Positions 50,755 to 62,900 of a stretch of DNA of 64,000 bases are shown here, in pieces; position 1 is the first letter of the stretch; each line of letters starts with the position of its first letter. The position numbers were made by a program, and so were the translations under genes. The notes beneath the pieces are model-generated. The model was not told the origin of the DNA. It did no database searches and saw only the letters and a list, made by a program, of their open reading frames with translations. Origin of the DNA: Camelus dromedarius (lineage: Eukaryota). The stretch covers positions 39,992,001 to 40,056,000 of the forward strand of contig NC_087436.1 in assembly GCF_036321535.1 (NCBI RefSeq), given 5' to 3'.

Positions 50755-50864
50755 GGGGGGATGAGGGTGTAGCTCAGTGGTAAGTGCATGCTTAGCATGT
50801 GCAAGGTCCTGGATTCAATCCCCAGTACCTCCATTAAAAATTAAAAAAAGAAAAAAGAAAAAAC
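50755..50864 (+). mobile_element. tRNA-derived SINE, camelid vic-1 type
   Basis: gagggtgtagctcagtggtaagtgcatgcttagcatgtgcaaggtcctggattcaatccccagtacctcc (A and B boxes) plus an A tail; TSD caaaatgaactgac / caaaattaactgac. Confidence 0.94.
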
Positions 50865-51054
50865 CAAAATTAACTGACCAAGACATAATCTTGATGTTCA
50901 TTCCGACTCATAAAGATGCTTCTCCTTCATTGTTTCTTAGTACATATTTTCATTATCCTTGCTCTTTGAAGTTATGTAAGTAAAATCCGTTATCTTATGT
51001 CATCTTTATGACATCAGTAACCTAAGTTATCTCTCTGATTCTATCCAGGTGCAT

Positions 51055-52348
51055 TGTCGAATTACAAATCTGGACTTAGGTGAGGAGAGACTTTGAATGA
51101 AGGATGAATGCAGGAAGAGGGAAAGGGCAAGGGGGGAGGGCAACTCTTACAAATAGGGGGCGCTCTCTGAATGTGAGCTCTGCAAGCAGCTAAGCAATTA
51201 GGCTGAAGAGGTTTTCTTCTTGAGAGAAGGAGTAGACAAGACGAGGAGGAATGGAGGGTGGGGAAGGAGAGTGGAAGGGTGGCTCGATGGCATAGTAAAT
51301 CAGAGAATGTTTTATCATGAAGCCAGCCTGTTTTCAGGAGAGGGTGTATGCTGGCTCAGGCTAGAGGTGCGGCAAAGTTCAGGAGTCTGGAGGAAGGAGA
51401 GAAAACTGACTCGCACTTTCTGATTGGTCAGAGGGGCAAGCAGTTCAGCCAATTATTTATAAGGCAAAGAAAGGGAATTGGGAGGGTTTGCGTGTGGCCT
51501 TGTCAGAGGTAAACATGTTGTGGGCTATCTGTGAGCCTTACCTAAGTCTTCTGGGGAAGGATGTTCCTTTGTATTAACCATTTTCACGAACACAAAAAAG
51601 GGGATTTCTTTATTTATTTTTTTATTGGAGTATAGTCAGTTTACAATGTTGTGTCAGTTTCTGGTGTACAGCATAAAGTTTCAGTCATACATATACATAC
51701 ATATATTTGTTTTCATATTCTTTTTCATTATAATTTAGTACAAGATATTGAATATGGTTCCCTGCGCTATATAGTATAAACTTGTTAACCTATTTTATAT
51801 ATAGTAGTTAGTATCTACAAATCTCGGACTCCTAATTTATCCCTCCCCCTACTTCTGCCCACCTGCCCCCCAGTAACCATAAGTTTGTTCTCTGTGAGTG
51901 TATTTCTGTTTTGTAAATAAGTTCATTTATGTCTTTTTTTTTCTTAGAGTCCACATATAAGTGATATCATATGGTATTTTTTTTCTCTTTTTGGCTCACT
52001 TCACTTAGAATGATGATCTCCAGGTCCATCCACATTGCAGCAAATGGCATTATTTTATTTTATTCTTTTTTATGGCTGAGTAGTATTCCTGTGTGTGTGT
52101 GTGTGTGTGTGTCTGTATATCTTACATCTTCTTTATCCAATCATCTGTCAGTGGACATTAAGTTTTTTTTCCATATTTTGGCTATTGTAAATAGTACTGC
52201 TATGAACATTGGAGTGCATGTATTTTTTTGAGTTAGAATTCTCTCTGGGTATATGCCCAGGAGTGGGATTGGTGGATCAAAAAGGGGAATTTCTTAACTG
52301 TCACTGTTTTCCAGGAACACAGGGCTCAGGCAAAATTCATCATGGACA
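51055..52348 (-). mobile_element. ERV1-class solo LTR (MER89/MER92-like), interrupted by L1
   Basis: TG...CA ends and a near TSD gcat/gaat; terminal ttttccaggaacacagggctcaggcaaaattca. Confidence 0.8.
51611..52277 (-). mobile_element. Artiodactyl-type L1 3' end
   Basis: tttattggagtatagtcagtttacaatgttgtg...atgcccaggagtgggatt; TSD caaaaaaggggatttctt / caaaaaggggaatttctt. Confidence 0.94.
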
Positions 52349-55043
52349 GAATTGTCCCATCGTCTATTCTTCATTGATTGGACAGAATTATCTTTCACAG
52401 AGTATTTGTTCCATAATTAAAAGCTTTTCATCTTTTTTTTTTTAATTTTTCATTTACAGTGAAACCTAAACTTATTATCTTCAAGGCCCCATCTGATTAG
52501 GAACCTGCCTGTTTTCTCTGAATTCATTTTGGCATTCCTTCCCTCTTGTTCAGTATGCTGCGCACCCCTGGCCTTCTCAGTGCTCTTCAGACAAACCAGG
52601 TTCTTTTTCAGACCTAGAAAGTAAGCTCTGTGAAGGCAGGGACTGGTCTGCTTGGCCTCTGATAGGCTCTATTCTCAGAGATGAAATTCCTCTGGCACAT
52701 AGTAGCCAGATATTCAAACAATATTTAATAAACACTTTATATGTTAATGTGGTTTTATGAGTGGTTCTTAATTTGTATTTCATTTGATAATACATTTTGA
52801 AAGAAATTCAACTTTGACTCAGGTTTACTCACTAATTTTTTGAAGTAGAGTGAAGTCATTTAAAACATTTTTTTTTGTGGCAATCATGTGACTCCTATAG
52901 TTCAGATTCAATATTTCCTATGGATATTTTAAACTTTTTCTTACTTTAAAAAGTAGAAATAAAAGGTGTGTTATTATGTGCACGATCATGGCAACGCCCA
53001 TAATGTTTATATTGTACCTGTTGAGAATATTTCAGCTGTTACTTGATAAACCTAAAAAGCATATTTGCACCGCCCTTAGCCTGTTTTCTCTCCTTCCTGG
53101 TTTATAATAGTCAGAATACAATAGTTTTCACAGATAATTTCTCCTCCTCTTCACTCCCAGCATCAAAGGAAAAAATGTAAGTCATTTCTAGTCTGTAGCA
53201 TTTTGATTGACCTCTTTTAACCAGGAAATAAGGATAACTTTCTTTTCATTCTTTCCCTAAGTACTTGGCAACCTTATAAGGTCAAAAGCAGTTTTATCAT
53301 TAATGAGAGTCTAGTGACTTTTGAATGAATCTATAATATGGAGACAATAATTAGTGTTAGATGAATTCTATTCATTTTTCTTCTACAAAAATCTAATGGC
53401 ACAGTTCAAAAGGCCATATCACTAAAGAATTCTGGATTATTGGTGATATGTAAATGTGAAATAAAGGGAGGAGTATTGGAAGCCAGAATTATCTGGGACT
53501 GTGTTTAAAGAATACTCACCTAAGAGAATAGCTAAGAGTAAAATATTTAGTGTCCTGATAGATTTGACATATTCAGGTTTGATGTGAGCCAATGTTGATG
53601 AAACAGATTCAATGCATTGGATGGAATTCAGCTGTATGAGAATATAAAGTGCTCACTGTTAGAATCAGTCAAGGTAAATACCTCATGGCTCCAGGTGGCC
53701 AGGCCTCTGGGAGCAGAACAGTAGCCAGAACTTAGGTGTGTGGGGAAGAGGCTCCAGTCTGCAAAGTCAAGTCTGGGAAGGACCGAGTGGAATGCCAGGG
53801 AAATAGCCAAGTAGTCCGGCATCCTACTAGCCAGACTCAGTGGATAATGTTATGTGGTTCTCTATGGGTAACTGGATCAAGCTGACAGATTGCGGGAAGG
53901 ATGCCCAAATTTCAAAAACAAGCTTAGAAATGTACAGGTAGCAACCACTGGATAGGTTTCTTATCTTGGTCAGTGTTGGTTGGTAAGCCCGTAATACATT
54001 GAACGAACTCAATGCCAGCAGCCAAGTGGGGCTAAAAAAATAAAATAAAATCTGGTTTGGTTTCAATGTTTACATAATTCTAGAAAGCATCTTTATCAAA
54101 CTTGAGCAAATGATTACTCTTACTTTATATTCTTAACTCACTTAACACTCCTACAATTAAAGTTTATGCAGATAGTGTCTGTATCTGCCATAAATGCATG
54201 CATATGTGACGTCCCTGCTTTTGGCAACTTAGTACATTTGTATATACTCTGCCATTTACTTTTTTTTTTTGGCTAATTTTGCAACATAATGGTAAAATAT
54301 ACCTGCAGTTTGCATTTTTATTATCTTTTGTCAAGAAAACATAGTTTACTTATTAAAAATGTTATCCTATTCTAAATTTTGCCGATGGACATGTTTCCTT
54401 CAGTTAGCAGAGTGCTGACAATAAAAAAAGGTATTTAGGAAGGTCATACATTCTCCAGTTTTCTAGAGTCCCCACAATGCTCTTTTGTGTTAACGCAGAT
54501 TTGGCCTAGCCACAGAGCATTTATATTTTAAACCTTTGCTTCACATGCCTGGAATGGTATGAAGAGGAAAGAAGAATAATTTTTCATGTATTTGCATCTG
54601 AAAACCAATTTTATGCAATACCAAACTAAGCATCTGATACACTGCCTCCTTTTAAATAGAGGTAAAATTGTTTTGGAATTAAATAGGAAGATATCCTATA
54701 TTTAGATAAAACTTTATTTACTTTTGTCTAGACTGTATGCCCATATTGGTTAATTTATTTTTCCCCTTTGCTTTCAAGATATCAAAGCAATGTGTACTCA
54801 TTTGTGAATTTTCAAAGTTCAGAAAAGAGTGGAGATATGAGAAAATAGACTCATAAACACATCGTATAGAAGTAACCAGTGTTGAAATCATGGTATTTTT
54901 CTTATATTTTTTATACATCTTTATATATGTATGTATCTATGTACAGATCTTACATATCATATCTGTACAGAAATAGGAAAATGCCTATGTTTATCTTTGT
55001 TGAAAACTGATTAGTACAGATGGGAACAAAATGTCTCATTTTA

Positions 55044-57037
55044 TTACTATTATTATTTTATGTTTGCTATTTTCTTTTGATTTATTTTATAGAGTCCAGA
55101 TATAAGTGAGAACAAAGTATTTTGTCTTTGTCTGACTGACTTACCTAAGCATGATACTCTGTAGCTCCCTCCATGTTGTTGCAAATGGCAAGATTTCATT
55201 CTTTTTTTATGGCTGAGGAGTATTTCATCGTATACACATATGACATCTTTATCCACTCGTCTGTCAGTGGACACTCAGGTTGCTTCCAGTCTTGGCAATT
55301 GTAAACAATGCTGCTATGAACATGGAGGTGCATGTATCTTTTCGATTAGTGTTTTGGTTTTCTTTAGATACATACCCAGCAGTAGAATTGCTGGATCACT
55401 TAGTAGTTCTAATTTTAGTATTCTGAGGGACCTCTATACTATTTTCCATAGTGGCTGCACCAATTTACATTCCCACTAATGGTGTACGAGAGTTCCCTTT
55501 TCTCCACATCATTGCCAACATTTGTTGTGTTCTATTTGACGATAGCCATTCTGACAGGTGAGTTGATATCTCATTGTGAGTTTGATTTGCATTTCTCTAA
55601 TGATTAGCAATGTGAGCATCTTTTCATGTGTCCCTTGGCCATCTGTAAGTCTTTGAAGAAATGTCTATTCAGGCTTTTGCTCATTTTTAATCAGGTTGTT
55701 TGTTTTTGATACTGAGTTTTATAAGCTGCTTGTATTTTGGATATTGTTATCATTTTCAAATATTGTCTCTCATTCAGTAGGTTGATTTTCTTTCTCTTTC
55801 TCTTTCTCTTTCTCTTTCTCTTTCTCTTTCTCTTTCTCTTTCTCTTTCTCTTTCTCTTTCTCTTTCTCTTTTTCTTTTTCTTTGTATGGTTTCCTTTTGG
55901 CCTGTAATTTTCTTGTTTTAAATGTCTTTGTCTTCTTTTGGTATCATTTGGTCACCTGGGCCGGTGTCTTCCCTGTCATGGGTGAAGCCAGGTCCTGAGG
56001 CTACTGCTGACCCACTGGCAGGCAGAGCCATGTCCTGGGCTCTCTGACCATGGGCCCAGGGGTTCCGAGCTAGTGTCTGCCTAAGCTGGTGTGTGGGCCA
56101 AGGCCCAAGGCTTTCGGGGACTACTGCTGGCTTATGGGTGGGCAGACCTGATTCCCAGGGTCTCTGGCTGCAGGACTAGGAGTCCTGGGATTAGTGCCTA
56201 TTCAGTGATGAATGGGGGTGGGTCCTGGGCTCTTTGGTGGACAGAGCTGTGTCCTGGGGTGGCTGTGGGCTCAGGAGGTCTGAAGGCAGCCTGTCTGCCA
56301 GTGAGTGGGGCTGTGTCCCCTCCCAGCTAGTTTCTTGGTGTGAGGTATTCTAGTACTAGTGCCGACAGGCTGGTAGGTTGGGACAGATCCCAGTGTTAAT
56401 AAGCTAGATGAAGGTTTCCAAAGTGATTCTTGCCAACACCAGTGTCCACATGGTAGGCCCAGCTCCCCCAGATGGCTGCCACCAATGTCTGTTTGCCCAG
56501 GGAGAGCTCCATTTGTCTCTTGCCTTTCTGGGGGCCTCTCCAAGATCAGCATGTGGGTCTGACCCAGGCTCCTTTCAGATTATTGCTTCTACCTTGGAGC
56601 TCATACTGTGTGAGATTTTGTGTGCACCCTTTAAGAGTGGTGTCTCTGTTTTCCCCAACCCTCTGTGTCTCCTGAAAGTAAGCCCCTCCAGCTTTCAAAG
56701 CCAAGCATTCTAGAAGCTTATCTTCCCAATGCTGGATCCCAGACTAGGCACCCTGATGTGGGAGTCAGACCCATTGCTCCTTGGAGAGAACCTCTATAAT
56801 TGGGGTTATCCTTCCCTTTGTGGGTCACCCACCCGGGGTATGTGTCTTGACTATATTATGACTCTGCCCCTCCTGCCTGTCTCATTGTGGTCTCTTTATA
56901 TCTTTAGTTGAGGGAGATCTTCTCCACTAGATTCTGATTTTTCTCATCACTAGTTGCTCTGTGAATAGTTGTAATTTTGGTGTCTCCCCTAAGTGGATGA
57001 GCTCAGGGTCTTCTTATTTTGGCTAGGCTCTTCCCAG
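55044..57037 (-). mobile_element. Internally deleted L1: 5'UTR + short mid-ORF2 piece + ORF2 end
   Basis: GC-rich L1 5'UTR at ~55948-57037, ORF2 sliver at ~55899-55946, ORF2 C-terminus at ~55085-55898; TSD tgtctcatttta / tgtcttatttta. Confidence 0.85.
55791..55870. repeat. (TTTCTC)n hexanucleotide microsatellite
   Basis: Seen directly, about 13 units. Confidence 0.97.
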
Positions 57038-58430
57038 TGTCTTATTTTAAATGGATATTTTTCAAACTGTAAGTGAAGGGGACAATTGTAAATAATTATG
57101 CATGATTATATTATTGTATATATAGTATATTATTGTATATATAAAACAGCTTTTATTCAATATAAATTACCTTAACTGACTTGAGTGATTAAAAGTGATT
57201 TGAGGCATTGATATGATTTTTATTTATTTGTATGTTATTTATATATTTTGGAAACATGATTGTATATACAATATTCACATTTAAATTTCTAAAATTTCCT
57301 AGAGCTGATGCATTTCAGAAAGTCAAAAGGTTATATTAAAATTATTTTTGCTTATTTATCTGTCTTAAACTATGGAAGATGGGGATAAATTAGAAATTAA
57401 GTGTTTAAATTTAATAATTTAGCAGACCCATGATCTTTTGCCATAGAATGGTTAAATAATCTAAGTTCAAATTACTAGGGGTAGATCTGGAACCAGGTAT
57501 TGGTTCATTTTTCAACTGTATTTTTAACTAGTATAATTTTACTCACTTTATATAATTATTTAAATATAGAATATTTTTTAGAGAAAGTTTATCATATCAA
57601 TTCTGAAGATTTCAGGTATCAGCAGTGAAAATGGGCCGCCTGATCTAGCGGTACCCTGCATCTTCCACTGGTGGTTATCTCCATTGTAGGTCTATAAATA
57701 CGGAGATTATGTCAAGGGAACTAAGCTACTAGAAATGATAAAACCATAAATATTGCCTACTCTGGGGCAGTGATCTCTAATGTGGAGTAATGCCTCAGCG
57801 GGGCACAGAAAGAGACAACTGAGCTGTTGTTCAGAGTTATTTTTCTGGTAAGAGTAAGGAAAGAGGTATGACCCTGACCTAGGCGGGAAATAGTTACCTT
57901 CACAGTTCATGAATAGTCCACCTGTAAGCTCATCTGAGTTGCAGACTGACAGGTATTTGAGGTCAAAACACTACCATGTGTAAAAAGAAAATTACCATCT
58001 TAATAAAAGTATTCATTTTCCCCAAAAGACAAAAGACCTAAAACAATTTTAAATTCATGGTCCACCACATGCCCTGACACAGCTCTTTGTCAGATTGGTC
58101 ACACCTCTACAGTGGCTTTTACTGTCAGTGACCCAGCAGTGGAAGGTCTGTTATTGTTTATGGCTTGCCTGTCCCTTTTGTCTTCAGAGCATTTCGACAT
58201 GTTGCAATTTATCTGTGCCAAATTTAGCGCATATTTCAGATCTTTGTTTTATCTTTGTTACCCATCAGGAAATAGACAAATGGCATAAACTTTTCTGAAA
58301 ATAAATTGTAGACTGGGAAAAAAGACTAATAATGCAAATACAAGTAAACAAGCTCAATGACTGAGTGTCATTTTTATTCTAATATTCTTCAATAATCAGA
58401 GTGTGAGAAAAAAATAAGAGTAACCTATAC

Positions 58431-58462
<32 letters not shown>

Positions 58463-58560
58463 TATATATATATGGGAAATATATATATAAATAAAGGAGT
58501 TGGTCAACATTCAGTATTATGAAGATGTCTATCTATCTACCTACCTACCTACCTACCTAT
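58431..58560. repeat. (GT)n(TA)n and (TCTA)n(CCTA)n simple repeats
   Basis: Seen directly in the sequence. Confidence 0.9.
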
Positions 58561-58744
58561 GTATAGTGTTAAAAATCAGTCTTATTCTGAGGCATATTTG
58601 CCTTGAGATATCTATGAATTTCTTAGCACATTTACTTAAAATAAATCTACATATATATTGGTAATATATGTTTACTATTTTGATTTATAATGGTTAATTT
58701 TGTTGTTCCTATCTATTCAAGGTCTGAAACTTAAAAAAAAATTT

Positions 58745-58823
58745 TGCTCCTGAAACTCTAGTGCCTAAAACAATGTCTTGAACATAATAGAAATTCACTA
58801 AATACTTATTGAGTGAGTGAATA
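58745..58823 (+). mobile_element. L2 3' terminus
   Basis: ctagtgcctaaaacaatgtcttgaacataatag...taaatacttattgagtgagtgaat. Confidence 0.8.
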
Positions 58824-59964
58824 TTATGCATGGGAACAAAAAATGAATATTTTGCACAACTATATAAATCTTAGTTAGAAATAGCGTATGTATATGTGTG
58901 CATATGCATAGATACACATATAATTGTTAACTGCTTCTGGCAATGTGAGATGCATAAGCCACTAACGTTATGTAAAACTGACCAGAATCAGCCTCACTGC
59001 TTGGAGAATTGTACGTAGGTGTCATGAATCAGATATGCCATTTGAGTTTATCCAATCTGGTAGAATACTTCCAGACCCTAAAACTTAATTGTAGTAAAGC
59101 AAGACCATGAGGTGACCTGAAAAAGACACACAAGCTCTAGGAATTAGATTGGCTCATGGTAGGTGAGGAGACAAGTTTACATAAGCTTCCTCTCAGGGAA
59201 GCTGGAATGAGTTTGGCCACAGTGGGGGGAAATGTTTGACAAGCAGAGCAGGTGGGATTGATCTACTGAGGAAAGAGAAGACCCTCAAATGCTCACTTAC
59301 CCCCAACATTGTTCTAGGTGCTCGCTCATCACCACCCTCACCATGCGAGAGCAGTATTTTCCCTGGCTGATGAGAACCAGTCATAAATGCTATTCCACAG
59401 CATTGTTTTATTTAATTTAAAGTTCTTTTACACCTCGCTAATTTTCCCCAAGCATATTTTTCACCTTTTCTTTCCTACAGTTCCTATTTTTTCCCCTAAT
59501 GCTAACAAATTTAGAGAAAGCATGTTGGTTATTATCCACTGACCTCTTCCTTTTGAAGTGTCTTTAGATTGATTGTGTAAAGAATTTTTCAACAGCAGTA
59601 AAATATAATATTTCCTTTTGCTTCTAAATACAGCTATTGCTATGAATATCGTATCTTAAATTCACTGGTAACATAAGAAATGACAGCCTTTTTCATTTAT
59701 GAAGAATTTTAGTTGAAGCTTCACATTTAGAAATCAGATCCAATTTTTACTTATAAAAGCACTCAAGTTTCAAAGAGCTTAGCAAATCAATAATATTAGG
59801 ATACCACACACTGAATTCCTAAAGAGAAGTCTAGTGCTTGGAGCCAGTTTTTTTTTCTTTTCTTGTTTTGAGAAACACTGATGAAAAATTGACAAATTTT
59901 TTAGTCCCAGAGAGTGGAGTTCAATGTTGTGTGGTGTATGTCAACCAATTAAAAGTGAACTGTA

Positions 59965-60160
59965 AGTTCATTTATTCATCAATAACAATTTTTCATTGTG
60001 CTGGTTGCTTGTATTGTGCTGATGAGTAAAAGAATCGTGGTTCCTGTCCTTGATTTGGCAGGGGTATGATAAACAAGTCAGAAAAGTGAATTAGTATTTA
60101 TAATGAGATATGAAGACTTTTGAAAAAGGTGGCAATTAAGTGTGCCTTCTGTTAAGATTT
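59965..60160 (-). mobile_element. L2 3' end fragment
   Basis: ttcatttattcatcaat...attgtgctgatgag...tggttcctgtcctt. Confidence 0.6.
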
Positions 60161-60879
60161 AAGTTTACATCAATTCACTTCAACAAATATGAATGCAGTG
60201 ATACACACAAGACTTTGAGAGATGCAAAGATACGAAGAAGAAAAGTGACAAACACTGACCATGAGAAGGCTGCCAAATAGCACCCACACCTATTTAGAAA
60301 GTTTGTTTGAGTTCTGTGCTTTGCTGAAATACATGTTAAATTCAGCTTTGAACTTACTGGGCATTACCTGTCTAATAAGAACTTAATTTTATCTTTTCAC
60401 AGTAAGTTACTCAAATTCCTCCCTCTTTTTTTCCAAATAGAAGGAATTCTCTTTAGAATTGCTTTTGAGGGGAAATAAAGTATTTTTACATGCCCTTAAA
60501 AATTAGAAAAATTACAGTGAATTCAATAATGCTTAAAATAAATGTTTTATTCAGAGGATAATTGATATATATTGAAGTCCATATGTATGTAATGCATTTT
60601 ATCTATGTAATGGGAGTATTGTGCATATTATGGCTGCAATGGCTTGTTATTAAAAACTTGCTTAAACTAGAAAACATATTTGAATTACCTCATGGTGATG
60701 GAAAATCTCTATATTAAAATTTGTATAATGATTCAAATATGTGAAAGATATATGTGAGTGTGTGTGTAATACACACTGCCATTTACATTTAAGAGAAGCA
60801 TATATAGTTATATTTTATATGTGACTGAATTTTTTTAAAACTTACTAAATTTTAAAAGCAACACTGACACAAATTAAAT

Positions 60880-60990
60880 GGATATCATTTCAGTGATGTG
60901 GAAATCAAGGCTTAGAATGTTTTGAAGACTTCTCAAGATCTCACAGCTGAGAATAGCAGAGCAGAAGATTGTCTCTTACTTTATTTGTTA
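60880..60990 (-). mobile_element. MIR fragment
   Basis: gatgtggaaatcaaggcttaga...caagatctcacagctgagaatagcagagc. Confidence 0.7.
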
Positions 60991-62719
60991 ACCATTATTC
61001 AAATTCATATTATTAGTTTCTTATGCTGGATTTCTGCTCCTATAACATAGAAACAGGTCTTTAAGAGACATTGGCATATTTTCTAAATTTTGTTTTTATA
61101 TTCCTATTAACAACAGTAAGAGCTTTGCATTTGCTGATTTTATTGTGTTGAGGATTGAGGAAGGCAGGCAGTTCATTTATGAATTAAGCGAAAAAATAAA
61201 CTAATCATCTATCTCGGGATATAAATACTTTGCGGTGTGTGATGATCAAGGTGAAACCCAGGCTGGCACTAGGAAATGTTCTGTGCTTTCTCAGATTTTC
61301 TTCAAGCAGTGAGTTTCTGTTCACTGGTATGAATGATACTGGCAGTGTTGAAATAGTGTGTTTTAAATTTTCGTTTGGGAAATTTAGTTGTCCTTGGCTT
61401 ATGGTAGATTTTGTGCCTGAATCACAAAGCATTCTTTAACATGGACCCTGGACACTTCTAGGCTGGAAGGAAGATGTTCAGATCACCGCTGTGAACTTAG
61501 ACTAGCTCTCTTCATCCTTAATTTTAAATGAAGCTTTAACCACATATGACATTCTGTTGTCATCTCAATTAATCAAGTATCCCCTTAAATTGGGAGTTGA
61601 TACTTTAGTGGATTTAACAGATTGTACAATGAAAAGATTAACTGAAACGATTAGACACTATTCAGCAGCCTGAAAGCAAATAATGCTACCTGCCAGAAAG
61701 ATGGAAGCAGCAAGTGCCTCGACCCAGGAGCGTATTTCTTATGCTCTGATTCTGTGTTATTTGACTACTCATAGCTGCCAGGGGCTGAAAAGAGCCTGAA
61801 AAGGACTTGCTTATAGGAATTAAATGGTGAAACCAACAGTGAAATGATAGAGAAAAATCTCAATTTAATAGTTTGGAAAATTATGTTTTTTTGTAAGATG
61901 GATTTGTAATTTTAAAAAATGTAATGGGAAAAAAATAGCAGCATCAGTTTTCCTCTATGGACACACTTCTCATAGGTTCTTTGCTTGACTGTTCAGAGTG
62001 AAATGTTTGAAGTAAACAATGCTTCCATTTCCGGAAAATATCTGCAGGTGGGAGAAACGACATTTTTTGAGGAGTACTTACAAATCCACTGTAACTTGTT
62101 TCCCAACCTAACCGGAATTCCATCTGCTCAGCAATATTGTCTCCACACTCACAGTCCTTTGTTTTTCCAACAAAAAAGCTTCTCTGACACACCACTGTAA
62201 AATATTTCTAGACCCAAAATGCCCCCTCCAAAGGCACATGCTCCACTGTGATATTTCCAGTGTAAGACATTAGGGGTAATGACTTTATTGCTGTTAGAGA
62301 GATGCCTTTTATGTGAGTAATTCTCACTGTGGCTAGATGAGGTCTTACCTTAAAAATGCATATCTGTTTTTCCAAATTAAAAGGTTATCATAGCCTCTTC
62401 ATTATGACACTGAAGAGAATGTAAATTAATATATTAACACTATAAACACTATAAAAATCCATCACTGGTTAGGAATACGATTTGGAGGATGATATTTTAG
62501 CTCTTTTTATCCAAAATCCTGTTATAATTACAGCTATTATTTACTGAATCTTTTTTTTTTTTTTTTTTGGTTCCCGATATTGAAGAGTTTTTTTTTTCAC
62601 ATAACACCCTTTTCACATGTTTATTATAAAAAGCAAATAGAAGCTTAGGCAAAATCCCTTCCTAATGTTTCAGAGCTGTGGCAGTATGGTTAGACAGATG
62701 ATAATATCAAATTGGCAAT

Positions 62720-62900
62720 CTTGAGCAACTCTCATACTTTGCTGATGGGTGAATAAAATGGTACAACCTCTTGGAAATAATTCACTTTTACCTTCCAAGT
62801 CTGTATGTATGTACACCCTATGAAACAGAAATGTTATATGTGGATATAAACTCAAGAGAACTGAATTCACATCATGCAACAAAAGACATATAGTTACTAT
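62720..62900 (+). mobile_element. Old L1ME fragment
   Basis: gcaactctcatactttgctgatggg...aaaatggtacaacctcttggaaa. Confidence 0.7.

Larger units (their letters stand above)
50040..52740 (+). mobile_element. L2 element interrupted by a SINE and an LTR/L1 nest
   Basis: tttctcatcttacttga...taaatgttgggatgccccatggcttggtcctaagccttctgctc; 3' end gtaagctctgtgaaggcagggactggtctg...tggcacatagtag. Confidence 0.85.

Noticed and set aside
50755..50835. tRNA gene
   Set aside because: The tRNA-like head has an A-rich tail and TSDs, so it is a SINE.
53420..54060. Possible CR1 or LTR relic
   Set aside because: The resemblance is too weak to assign by eye.
56091..56911. Cluster of GC-rich ORFs as a gene or CpG-island promoter
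   Set aside because: They lie within the L1 5'UTR, which is CpG-decayed, and no protein is recognisable.
57897..58300. Further short minus-strand exon candidates (24 nt and 33 nt)
   Set aside because: The acceptors or donors are weak, the peptides are unrecognisable, and such matches are expected by chance.
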